Source of the DNA: Patescibacteria group bacterium
GTDB taxonomy: Bacteria; Patescibacteriota; Microgenomatia; Levybacterales; UBA12049
NCBI GenBank assembly: GCA_023485865.1
Contig: JAMCZC010000035.1
Location: 1-44,131 of the forward strand
Length of the DNA: 44,131 bases
Direction: 5' to 3'
Shown piece by piece: positions 33,636-41,940 of the stretch. Every line of letters starts with the position of its first letter. Position 1 is the stretch's first letter. Under the pieces are notes generated by a model. It searched no databases, was not told the DNA's origin, and worked only from the letters and a program-made list of their open reading frames with translations. The position numbers were made by a program, and so were the translations under genes.

Positions 33636-35282
33636 ATGCCTAAAGATGAGATAATCCAAAGTCTAAAAAATGCCTTAAAAGAGTTAGGAGTAGAGGAATT
33701 TGAACCCCAGATAGAACGGCCCAAAGATCCGCAAAACGGCGATTTTTCTTCAAACATCGCGCTCATTTCATTCGCAAAAATCAAAAATCAAAAATCAAAA
33801 ATCAAAAATCCGTTGGATTTGGCTCAGGAAATCGTTTCCATACTAAATACCAAATACCAAATACCAAATACCGTATCTAAAGCTGAAGCTGTGGCTCCGG
33901 GGTTTATTAATTTTTATTTATCAAACGAATATCTGCAAAAACAAGTTCAGGAAATTATCAAAGAGGGCGATAATTATGGTTTGTTAACTATCGGCAAAGG
34001 CAAGAAGGCCAGTGTTGAGTTTGTGTCCGCAAATCCGACAGGCCCTTTGCATATCGGTAATGCCGTTGGCGGACCGCTTGGAGATACGATTGCAAATGTC
34101 TTGACAAAATCAGGCTATAACGTCAAAAGAGAGTATCTGCATAATGACGTCGGCGGGCAGGTGCTAAAGCTTGGCGAAGCAATTTATTTTGAACTCAATC
34201 CCGGCGAAAAACCAGCGGACGAGGAAACCCAATATCAAGGCGAATATATAAAAGAACTAGCTCAAAAAGTATCAGAATCACTAAAAGCATCGCATTTGTC
34301 AAAAGAGGAGTTTGTCGGGAAAGCCGCGTCAAACGCGGTTTCAATAATACTTGAGGGGATTCTTAAAGACTGCGAAGGAATGGGAATTAAGTTCGATATT
34401 GTCAGAAAAGAGTCGGATTTAAGGAAGGAAGTGCCCGAAGCGTTGGCCAAAATCAAAAAATTTATCAAAGAAAAAGACGGGGCAGAGTGGTTTGCGCCCG
34501 CGGACGAATTTTTAAAAGACAGGGAAACTGTGGTTAAAAAGTCAGACGGTCAGTATACCTATTTTGCTTCGGATATTGCTTATCACAACGAAAAAATGAG
34601 CAAAAATGATTTAGTTATTGACATTTTGGGTTCAAATCATTCCGGACACGTGCCAAGGCTCCAGGCGGCGGTTAAAGCTTTGGGGTTTGACGTTAATAAT
34701 TTTAAAGTGATTTTATACCAATATGTCAGGCTAAAAAGAGGTTCGGAAATCGTGAAAATGAGCAAAAGAGCGGGTAATTTTGTAACCGCCGCGGAGGTTT
34801 TGGATGAGGTGGGGAAGGATGCCTTTCGTTTTTTTCTTTTAAGAAGCGCGCCCGAAACGCATATGGATTTTGATTTGGAATTGGCAAAAAAGCAAGCCAG
34901 CGAAAATCCTGTTTTTTACGTCCAATACGCCTACACGCGAATATCTTCGATATTCGCTAAATTTCAAATTTCAAATTTCAAATTTCAAATTAGCGAAGCA
35001 GACGCAAGTCTGCTAACGCATAAAGAAGAGGTTGCCCTGATAAGGCATTTGCTAAAATTACCCGGGTTAATTGAGGAAGTTTCCCGTACTTTTGCGGTAC
35101 ATACTTTCACAACTTACGCTATGGAGCTGGCCACGCTTTTTCATAAATTCTATGAAGCTCACAGGGTAATCTCAAAAGATGGTAATTTAACCAAAGCCCG
35201 TTTGGCACTTTTAGAAGCCACCCGAATTACCCTCAAAAACACGTTGGATTTACTGGGTGTTTCCGCGCCTGAAAAAATGTAA
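33636..35282 (+). CDS. argS: Arginine--tRNA ligase
   Basis: GDFSSNIA, PGFINF, VEFVSANPTGPLHIGN, KMSKRAGNFV, ENPVFYVQYAYTRI, LGVSAPEKM. TGgTACAAT ends 9 nt before ATG 33636. Confidence 0.97.
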   Translation: MPKDEIIQSLKNALKELGVEEFEPQIERPKDPQNGDFSSNIALISFAKIKNQKSKIKNPLDLAQEIVSILNTKYQIPNTVSKAEAVAPGFINFYLSNEYLQKQVQEIIKEGDNYGLLTIGKGKKASVEFVSANPTGPLHIGNAVGGPLGDTIANVLTKSGYNVKREYLHNDVGGQVLKLGEAIYFELNPGEKPADEETQYQGEYIKELAQKVSESLKASHLSKEEFVGKAASNAVSIILEGILKDCEGMGIKFDIVRKESDLRKEVPEALAKIKKFIKEKDGAEWFAPADEFLKDRETVVKKSDGQYTYFASDIAYHNEKMSKNDLVIDILGSNHSGHVPRLQAAVKALGFDVNNFKVILYQYVRLKRGSEIVKMSKRAGNFVTAAEVLDEVGKDAFRFFLLRSAPETHMDFDLELAKKQASENPVFYVQYAYTRISSIFAKFQISNFKFQISEADASLLTHKEEVALIRHLLKLPGLIEEVSRTFAVHTFTTYAMELATLFHKFYEAHRVISKDGNLTKARLALLEATRITLKNTLDLLGVSAPEKM

Positions 35283-35288
35283 GAGTTA

Positions 35289-35410
35289 TGGGTGCTGAGG
35301 TCGCTTACAGAAAATTTTTTTGGTACGTGCGCGATAAAGCTCAAGTTGTCCATCAAATAATGCCCGCTACTCCGTGCCGCAAAAATTTTGTAAGCTCCCC
35401 GCGCCGCCTA
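35289..35410 (+). other. Long imperfect intergenic hairpin (structured RNA or MITE remnant)
   Basis: Nested pairings tgggtg/cgccta, gcttaca/tgtaagc, aaaattttt/aaaaatttt, tggtacg/cgtgccg. Confidence 0.5.
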
Positions 35411-35457
35411 TTTTCCTCCTTCAAATTTTTCTTTCCCCCTGCTATAATAAGCTTCTT

Positions 35458-36741
35458 ATGAACTATAACCGTAAAGTTCTCCCAAACGGCCTTCGCATTA
35501 TAACTGTTCCCATGCCTTCGTTTGAAAGCGCGACATCTTTAGTTATGGTCGGAGCAGGCTCAAGGTACGAAACAAATAAAAACAACGGCATTTCTCACTT
35601 TTTGGAGCATATGGCTTTTAAGGGAACAAAGAAGCGCCCCTCGGCAATTGATATATCAGGTCTAATTGACGGAATAGGCGGGGAATTTAATGCTTTTACC
35701 GGTAAGGAAACAACGGGTTATTATATAAAATCCGCAATTTCCCACGTTGATTTGTGTTTGGATGTTTTATCCGATATGCTGCAAAATTCAAAACTTGACC
35801 CAAAAGAAATAGAAAAAGAAAAAGGCGTAATTTTGGAGGAAATCAACCTTTACGAAGATACGCCTTCAAGTAAAATCGGCGACGTTTACGAACGGCTTTT
35901 GTACGGCGATACACCCATGGGTTGGGATACAGCCGGCGAAAAAGACGTTATCAGGCAAATTAACAGGCAAGATTTTCAAAATTACATGCAAAGTCTCTAT
36001 AGCGCTGACAACATTGCGGTTGTGGTTGCCGGCGGAATAAATGAAGATAAAACAGTTACGCTTATTGAAAAATACTTTGGGAAAATGCCTAAGTTTGATA
36101 CATTACGATACCAAAAAGTCGTTGAAAAACAGGGAAAACCTAAGATTTTAATCAAAGAGAAGAAAACAGAGCAGGTTCACATTGCTTTAGGGTTTAGAAC
36201 GGTTCCTCTTAATCATCCCGACAGACACAGCCTAGCTGTTTTGTCTGCAATTTTGGGCGGCGGAATGAGTTCAAGGCTTTTTCACGAAGTCAGAGAAAAA
36301 AGAGGACTCGCGTATTACGTAAGAACAGTCTCGGAGCAGTACCAGGACGCCGGAAATCTGGTTTCAACGGCCGGTCTTGATCCCAAAAGGGCGGAAGAGG
36401 GGATTAGGGTAATAGTCGAGGAATACGGTAAGATATCAAAAATCAAAAATCAAAAATCAAAAATAACAAACAGAGAGTTAACAAAAGCAAAGGAGTTGAT
36501 AAAAGGGAATTTTGTTTTGGCATTAGAAAACAGCCGTTCGGTTGCCGGCTTTTATTCCCAAGCAGAGCTTTTAGAAGAAAAAATTGAAAATCCTGAAGAA
36601 ATTATGGCAAAAATCGATAAAGTTACGGTTTCGGACGTAGAAAACGCGGCAGAAAAGTATTTCAAAGAAGAAGTGATGAACTTAGCGGTCATTGGCAATT
36701 TCTCTAGTGGACAAAATTTTGAAAAGTTGTTAAAGTTATAG
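35458..36741 (+). CDS. M16 family (pitrilysin-like) zinc peptidase
   Basis: GISHFLEHMAFKGT, NAFT, LGGGMSSRLFHEVREKRGLAY. TGcTATAAT at 35440-35448 supports ATG 35458. Confidence 0.93.
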   Translation: MNYNRKVLPNGLRIITVPMPSFESATSLVMVGAGSRYETNKNNGISHFLEHMAFKGTKKRPSAIDISGLIDGIGGEFNAFTGKETTGYYIKSAISHVDLCLDVLSDMLQNSKLDPKEIEKEKGVILEEINLYEDTPSSKIGDVYERLLYGDTPMGWDTAGEKDVIRQINRQDFQNYMQSLYSADNIAVVVAGGINEDKTVTLIEKYFGKMPKFDTLRYQKVVEKQGKPKILIKEKKTEQVHIALGFRTVPLNHPDRHSLAVLSAILGGGMSSRLFHEVREKRGLAYYVRTVSEQYQDAGNLVSTAGLDPKRAEEGIRVIVEEYGKISKIKNQKSKITNRELTKAKELIKGNFVLALENSRSVAGFYSQAELLEEKIENPEEIMAKIDKVTVSDVENAAEKYFKEEVMNLAVIGNFSSGQNFEKLLKL

Positions 36742-36757
36742 GTGATTGATGATTGAC

Positions 36758-36866
36758 AGTAGAAACTAGAAGCTAGAATTTGAGGTTAGATGATAGAGGA
36801 TAGAGAATAAAAATTTCCATTTTCAAACTTCAAGATCCAGTATCTAGCATCAAGCTTCAAGCATCA
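36758..36866. repeat. Degenerate heptamer array with inverted arms, upstream of ndk
   Basis: agaaact agaagct agaattt..agatgat agaggat followed by tccagta tctagca tcaagct tcaagca. Confidence 0.55.
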
Positions 36867-36877
36867 AAAATATATTT

Positions 36878-37450
36878 ATGGAACAGACGTTTGTAATGAT
36901 AAAGCCCGATGGGGTTAAAAGAGGCTTGATAGGAGAAATCATCCGCAGGTTCGAAAGAATGGGGTTAAAAATAGTGGCAATGAAAATGGTTTCTGCAAAA
37001 GACGAAGTTTTGCTCAAGCACTACAACGCCGATGATACAAAAACTCTGCAAAGGTGGGGAGAAAAAACCCTTAAAACTTATACTCAATACGGCAAAGATG
37101 CCAAAAAAGACCTCGGAACAGACGATCCGCAGGAATTAGGAAAGATGGTCAAAGGCTGGCTTTTTGACTATGTAAAATCAGGACCGATGGTGGCGATGAT
37201 TCTGGAAGGAAAACACGCGGTTGATAACGTTATTGCGATGGCAGGCCCGACAATGCCGGTTCAGGCGCCCGCAGGAACAATCAGGGGGGATTATTCAACC
37301 GACTCCGCCGCATACGCCAACGCTGAAAAAAGAGGAGTTATGAATTTGGTGCATATTTCCACCAGTCTTGAGGAGGCAAACGTAGAAAAAGCCCTCTGGT
37401 TTACCGCCGAAGAAATCCAAAGCTACAAAAGAGCGGAAGAGCTTATTTAA
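36878..37450 (+). CDS. ndk: Nucleoside diphosphate kinase (long form with internal insertion)
   Basis: EQTFVMIKPDGVKRGLIGEII, SGPMVAM, AGTIRGDY, NLVHIS. Confidence 0.93.
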   Translation: MEQTFVMIKPDGVKRGLIGEIIRRFERMGLKIVAMKMVSAKDEVLLKHYNADDTKTLQRWGEKTLKTYTQYGKDAKKDLGTDDPQELGKMVKGWLFDYVKSGPMVAMILEGKHAVDNVIAMAGPTMPVQAPAGTIRGDYSTDSAAYANAEKRGVMNLVHISTSLEEANVEKALWFTAEEIQSYKRAEELI

Positions 37451-37470
37451 CAAAATACTACAAATACTAC

Positions 37471-37558
37471 AAATGATAAATAAGCAAATGAATATATTAA
37501 TGCATTAAATCATTTAATTATTGATTTGAAATTTGCTTATTTGCATATTTGCTTATTA
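37471..37558. repeat. Family A palindrome between convergent ndk and VKOR
   Basis: aaataagcaaatgaat...gatttgaaatttgcttatttgcatatttgcttatt. Confidence 0.8.
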
Positions 37559-37990
37559 TCAAGTCCTAAGGAATTTAGAATACAAAAGAGAACAAGCAAT
37601 AAAAATAGCGAGCGATATTAGTTCGGATAATAGGCAGTATTGGCAAAAGGACTTTATCTCGAAAAACTGGACAAAAAATAAAACCGCCGAAACAAAAAGT
37701 CCGGAAAGCGCAGTTAAGAAAAGCCCGTGAGCAAACACTTTTCTTTTATCTAAGAAAACGGCGAGGGCAAAAAACATCACCAGTAAATAGAAAAGACTGC
37801 CTAAAAGTGAAATCGGAACACCCAAAATAATTGAATACTGGCTGGTTAAAACGGTTTCGCAGCCGCTTGTTACGGTGCAGGGCGGAAACGCATTTTTGTA
37901 GTGGAGAATTGTTAAATAAGTCGCATCCAAAAGCCCTATGAATGCAAGAATGAGGCAGGCAATGGATAAATTATTTCTTGTTAAGCGCAT
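37559..37990 (-). CDS. Vitamin K epoxide reductase (VKOR) family protein
   Basis: C-x4-C-ETVLTSQYS..GVPISLLG; FCQYCLLS CxxC; four TM segments. Confidence 0.92.
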   Translation of the reverse strand: MRLTRNNLSIACLILAFIGLLDATYLTILHYKNAFPPCTVTSGCETVLTSQYSIILGVPISLLGSLFYLLVMFFALAVFLDKRKVFAHGLFLTALSGLFVSAVLFFVQFFEIKSFCQYCLLSELISLAIFIACSLLYSKFLRT

Positions 37991-38100
37991 CCCGTTAGAA
38001 GCAGATCGCGATCTGCCTAAATTCTCCTTTGTTTATGATTTTAATTTTATTCATAATTCACTCCGATTAAATTCTTTTGCGATCGCGGCTTCTAACGGGA
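37990..38100. mobile_element. 111-bp MITE with 13-bp perfect TIRs and 4-bp target-site duplication
   Basis: tcccgttagaagc (37990-38002) / gcttctaacggga (38088-38100); cgca on both sides (37986-37989, 38101-38104). Confidence 0.85.
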
Positions 38101-38826
38101 CGCATCTTGAATTATTTTTTTGAAGTCATCGTAGCTTCGGGGATTTGCAATTTGCACTCCGTTTACAAAAAAAGTTGGAGTAGCGTTAATGCCGATACTT
38201 GAAGCTTGGTTTTGTGAATCTGCTACATAATTTTTAGTTTCATCGGAAGTCATATCTTTTTGGAATTTATCGGTATCAAGCCCTAATTTTTTGGCGTAAG
38301 CAACAAACGTGTCGGCGGCAGAATCGCTTTGGGCCCAGGAAGCTTGAGTTTCAAAAAGCATGTCGTGCATTTCGAAGAATTTGCCTTGAAGTTTTGCGGC
38401 GTAAGCGGCCTGTGCCGAAATCAGCGCGTTTTTATGAATACTTGTTAAGGGAAAAAACCGGTAAGCAAAATATATTTTATCGCCAAACTCACTCAAAAGT
38501 TGTTTTACAAGCGGGTGATAGGCGGCACAGGCCGGGCACTGGAAGTCGGCGTACTCAACCAGAGTTATTTTTGCTTTTGGATCTCCTTTAGTAATGTCGT
38601 TTTTAGAAACCGGCGGAAGATTAATTGCCGACGAAGATGAAGAGGGGGAAGAACCGGCAAGTTTAATAAGCCCAATAACCGAAAGTCCGACAACTAAAAC
38701 CACCCCTATTATTATGCCCCATTTCTTAAGCAGCGCGTTTCTTTTTTGTGTTTCCGCCTTTTCCTGCCACTCTTGTCTTCGAAGCTCTTTTCTTTCTTTT
38801 TTGGTCAGCTTTTGCTCATCAGCCAT
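38092..38826 (-). CDS. Membrane-anchored DsbA-family thiol-disulfide oxidoreductase
   Basis: TLVEYADFQCPAC, YRFFPL, GINATPTFFVNG. ATG 38826 (MADEQK) preferred because the longer ORF start overlaps a tRNA. Confidence 0.92.
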   Translation of the reverse strand: MADEQKLTKKERKELRRQEWQEKAETQKRNALLKKWGIIIGVVLVVGLSVIGLIKLAGSSPSSSSSAINLPPVSKNDITKGDPKAKITLVEYADFQCPACAAYHPLVKQLLSEFGDKIYFAYRFFPLTSIHKNALISAQAAYAAKLQGKFFEMHDMLFETQASWAQSDSAADTFVAYAKKLGLDTDKFQKDMTSDETKNYVADSQNQASSIGINATPTFFVNGVQIANPRSYDDFKKIIQDASR

Positions 38827-38873
38827 AGAGGATATAATGGCACTTTGCCGGTTAATTTTCAAGAGGGAATTTG

Positions 38874-39050
38874 TCGGAGAGGAGGGAATTGGACCCTCTG
38901 TCTCTGCGTCCTTCACCCCGTTAATTACTTGTCGGAGACCGCGGAATTGAACCGCGTGCCTCTCGGTCCCGAACCGAGCGTTCTACCGATGAACTAGTCT
39001 CCGTAAATTAACGGGGCGGACGCAGCGTGATGCCGGTTCACTACACTCCG
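38874..39050 (-). tRNA. Interrupted Pro-like tRNA (5' half 39018-39050, 3' half 38874-38911) with a ~105-nt insert in the anticodon loop
   Basis: CGGAGTG TA GTGA-ACCGGCA-TCAC G CTGCG TCC[insert]GGA CGCAG AGACA GAGGG-TCCAATT-CCCTC CTCTCCG A. C1-G72 and A73 as in tRNA-Pro. Confidence 0.7.
38932..39003 (-). tRNA. tRNA-Pro(CGG), intact, nested inside the interrupted tRNA
   Basis: CGGAGAC TA GTTC-ATCGGTA-GAAC G CTCGG-TTCGGGA-CCGAG AGGCA CGCGG-TTCAATT-CCGCG GTCTCCG A; all stems pair; CCA not encoded. Confidence 0.95.
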
Positions 39051-39116
39051 AAACCCCAAACAATTTTACCATTAAAATGATAAAATTATAAGTGTCTTAA
39101 GTTTCTTAAGTAACTT

Positions 39117-39671
39117 ATGTTGCCAAAGTACAAATATTTATTAACCTATCGTTACTCTTTGTTAATCCATGATTTAACAGTTGAATTTACTCTTAAATTT
39201 ATGGCGGGGTTCGATTACCGAAGAAGCAGGGAGCAAATGGTTCAGGCAGCCAGATCCGGAAAGCAGAATATAGTAGAAGGAGTAGGCCAGAGTTTAATTT
39301 CGAAAAAAGGAGAGATAAAACTTCTGGGAGTTGCCAATGCTTCCTTGGAAGAACTCCTGTCGGATTATGAAGATTTTTTGCGTCAGCATAGCCTTGAAAT
39401 TTGGCCAAAAACAGATATTAAAATTAGCAATTTTAGAAAAATTGCTTATAGGCTAAGTGTCTTAGCTAATTTAAGTAACCTAGGAGAATTTAAAGAAAAA
39501 CCAAAACTTTCAGAAAATCCCGAAGAAGCTGCAAATTTTCTTTTAACACTCTGCCACCAAGCCACATTTTTACTTTCAAGACAGATTGCAAAAATGGAGG
39601 AGATATTTATAAGAGAAGGCGGTTACAGCGAAAATTTGTTTAAAAAGAGATTAAATAGTAAAATTAAGTAA
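39117..39671 (+). CDS. Four-helix-bundle protein with suffix domain
   Basis: IHDLTVEF..EQMVQAARSGKQNIVEG..KLLGVANASLEELLSDYEDFLRQ..ANFLLTLCHQATFLL..FIREGGYSENL; paralog of 15422-16069. Confidence 0.87.
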   Translation: MLPKYKYLLTYRYSLLIHDLTVEFTLKFMAGFDYRRSREQMVQAARSGKQNIVEGVGQSLISKKGEIKLLGVANASLEELLSDYEDFLRQHSLEIWPKTDIKISNFRKIAYRLSVLANLSNLGEFKEKPKLSENPEEAANFLLTLCHQATFLLSRQIAKMEEIFIREGGYSENLFKKRLNSKIK

Positions 39672-39698
39672 CTTAAGTAGCCTAGGCTACTTATTAAT

Positions 39699-39770
39699 GC
39701 CCTTGTAGCTCAACGGATAGAGCAGCGCAGTCCTAACGCGCAGATAGAGGTTCAATTCCCCTCAAGGGTA
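39699..39770 (+). tRNA. tRNA-Arg(CCT)
   Basis: GCCCTTG TA GCTC-AACGGATA-GAGC A GCGCA-GTCCTAA-CGCGC AGAT AGAGG-TTCAATT-CCCCT CAAGGGT A; one mismatch each in the anticodon and T stems. Confidence 0.85.
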
Positions 39771-39771
39771 C

Positions 39772-40497
39772 ATGAATAAGTCAGAAATTATCCGCTACCT
39801 TATCCTTCGTTCAATTGGCAATTTTTTGGTTTTGTTTGCAATTTTTGGGGTTTTGGCAACTTTTGGTCCGGCTGCCTACTACGAAATTTCTTTTAAAATA
39901 GTTCAGGCCAGGGGAGTCCATTATCGGGTTTATGAGCCCAAAGATACGACATCGCCTCTCGGGGAGATTCTAAAACAGCAAAAAATTGGGTCTGTTAAAG
40001 TTTATAGCGGCGGATTTGCAGATGTTCTGGCGGGTCCAAAAGAGCAGATTTTGATACCTAATGATACATCTTTTGATATTTTGATACCAAAACTTGGGGC
40101 AAACGCCAAAGTTTTTCCTAACGTTGACGCATCAGATGAAAACCAGTTTTTACCGGTTTTAAAGCAGGGAGTTGCTCACGCAAAGGGAACTGTTTTCCCC
40201 GGAATGAAGGGTAATATTTATCTTTTTGCCCACTCAACCGATAACTTTTGGGATGTTGGCAGGTATAACGCTATTTTTTATCTTCTAAAAGATCTTTTGC
40301 CTGGCGATGACGTAGTAATCTTTTTCCAAAACAAAAGGTATAATTATGTAGTTACAGGTTCAAAAACGGTCGACCCTTCTGATGTTTCGTACATTGTAAA
40401 TGCGCAAAACCAGAAGTCCGAAACCTTGATTTTGCAAACCTGCTGGCCTCCGGGGACTACCTGGAAAAGATGGCTAGTTTTTGCAAAGCCCAAGTAA
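39772..40497 (+). CDS. Sortase family protein
   Basis: N-terminal TM; GVAHAKGT..NIYLFAHS; LILQTCWPPGTTWKR (His/Cys/Arg). Confidence 0.9.
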   Translation: MNKSEIIRYLILRSIGNFLVLFAIFGVLATFGPAAYYEISFKIVQARGVHYRVYEPKDTTSPLGEILKQQKIGSVKVYSGGFADVLAGPKEQILIPNDTSFDILIPKLGANAKVFPNVDASDENQFLPVLKQGVAHAKGTVFPGMKGNIYLFAHSTDNFWDVGRYNAIFYLLKDLLPGDDVVIFFQNKRYNYVVTGSKTVDPSDVSYIVNAQNQKSETLILQTCWPPGTTWKRWLVFAKPK

Positions 40498-40504
40498 TAA
40501 TTAC

Positions 40505-40599
40505 AAATATGCAAATGCTAAATAAGCAAATGAATATTTAAATGATTTAATGATTAATTCATTCATTTGAAATTTGCTTATTTGCTTATTGGGTTATTT
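40505..40599. repeat. Family A palindrome between convergent sortase and PEGA genes
   Basis: Near-identical to 33518-33612. Confidence 0.9.
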
Positions 40600-41809
40600 A
40601 TTTGAGGTCGACTGTATAAAGGTTCGGGGCGGAATTAGGGTTGCCCAAGTCCGTTAAGATAACTATTCTTGAACCGTCTGACCAGGGAAACACGTATGAG
40701 TCGACGAATGGTCCCGCATAGACCGTTGTCTGGTTTGTTGCATCGTATTCCATAATGTCAATCTTTTTATTATGGTTATAGATTAAATGTTTTGAATCAG
40801 GGAACCAGATTATTGGGGAAGGTGAGTAAACGTCTAAATTTTCTTCGTTTGGCAGTGAATCAACAATTTTATAATTCCTGTCTTCTTTTATATCGTAAAC
40901 ATAAACTTGCCCTTTTTGAATATTTCTTGCTTCGGGAGTGGAATCTGTTCCGATTAACCTTGGGGTAATTATTATTGGTATTTCAGCAGATTGCGATGCT
41001 ATATAAAGAATTTTAGTTTCGTCTGCGGACCAATCTATAATTTTAAAATCGGAAAGGACAATTTGCTTCAAGTTTTTTGGGAGCGCGTCGGTTAAAGACT
41101 TTTCCTTATCGGCTTTTTGCTTGTTCCAGTCCGCATTCACGCTAGCCATAGTTTCGGTGACGTCTTGAGGGTTTTGGTTAAACCCGTTTGTACGCAAAAG
41201 ATAGGTGGCTGAAGATACTCCCGGGATGCTTGTGAGAAGCTGGGAGCCGTCAGGAGACCATTGTAGACTTGCTTTAGAGAAGCTGTTTAGCGTATCGTTA
41301 ATAATCTGGCTTGAGGAACTTTGCAGGGTTAGGATTGGTCTTGCGGTTGTATCCATAATATAGATCCCATTTTTAACTGCCGATTGGGAAGCAACCGTAT
41401 AGGCAATTTTTGTGTGTGACGGATCCAAAACCGGATTTTGAGCTCCTAAATTAGTTATGTTTTCAAGTTTTGGTGCGGTAGGGAACAAAAGGGCATCGGC
41501 TTTTGTTACGACCTCGTTTTTAATGATTAAAGTTTTTTCCCAGGGCAAATATCCCTCTTTGAGAATTTTTACGTCATAAGTTCCGGGAGCGAGATTTATG
41601 GTGTTGGCTGTTGCGGTTGTTAAGTGGCCGTTTACAAAAACTTGAGCTCCATCGGGGCTACTTGTAGCAACTAATAGGCCTGTTCCGGCTAGGTTTGGAC
41701 CTCCTTTGCCAAAACCAAAGCGATAGCCTTTTCCATAAAGCACAACAAGGACTGTAGCGGTAAACATAAAAAGGAGAATTAGCGCGGAAATAATTATTTG
41801 TTTTTTCAC
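40598..41809 (-). CDS. Membrane-anchored PEGA-domain protein with TolB-like propeller repeats
   Basis: GLLVATSSPDGAQVFVNG..LAPGTYDVKILKEGYLPWEK; WSPDGS, WSADET, WFPDSK. GTG 41809 follows TTGCAA-N17-TATAAT (41820-41848). Confidence 0.85.
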   Translation of the reverse strand: MKKQIIISALILLFMFTATVLVVLYGKGYRFGFGKGGPNLAGTGLLVATSSPDGAQVFVNGHLTTATANTINLAPGTYDVKILKEGYLPWEKTLIIKNEVVTKADALLFPTAPKLENITNLGAQNPVLDPSHTKIAYTVASQSAVKNGIYIMDTTARPILTLQSSSSQIINDTLNSFSKASLQWSPDGSQLLTSIPGVSSATYLLRTNGFNQNPQDVTETMASVNADWNKQKADKEKSLTDALPKNLKQIVLSDFKIIDWSADETKILYIASQSAEIPIIITPRLIGTDSTPEARNIQKGQVYVYDIKEDRNYKIVDSLPNEENLDVYSPSPIIWFPDSKHLIYNHNKKIDIMEYDATNQTTVYAGPFVDSYVFPWSDGSRIVILTDLGNPNSAPNLYTVDLK

Positions 41810-41940
41810 TGCGTTTAGGATTATACTAGCTAATAATGACTCTTGCAAGTGAGCGGCTTTGAGGGTTATAATCGATTTTATCCAAGGCAGAAACCAAAAA
41901 TTTGATAGGTTAAGTATATATTTTGATATAGTTATTTATT

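Noticed and set aside
38827-38916. ORF-track N-terminal extension of DsbA
   Set aside because: Overlaps the 3' half of the outer tRNA; ATG 38826 gives a normal N-terminus.
38912-39017. Group I intron or archaeal BHB intron in the outer tRNA
   Set aside because: Too short and almost fully occupied by the inner tRNA; no catalytic core, and the junction is a 1x4 internal loop rather than a canonical bulge-helix-bulge.
16419-40599. CRISPR array
   Set aside because: Repeats are dispersed or short tandem units without regular unique spacers; no cas genes.
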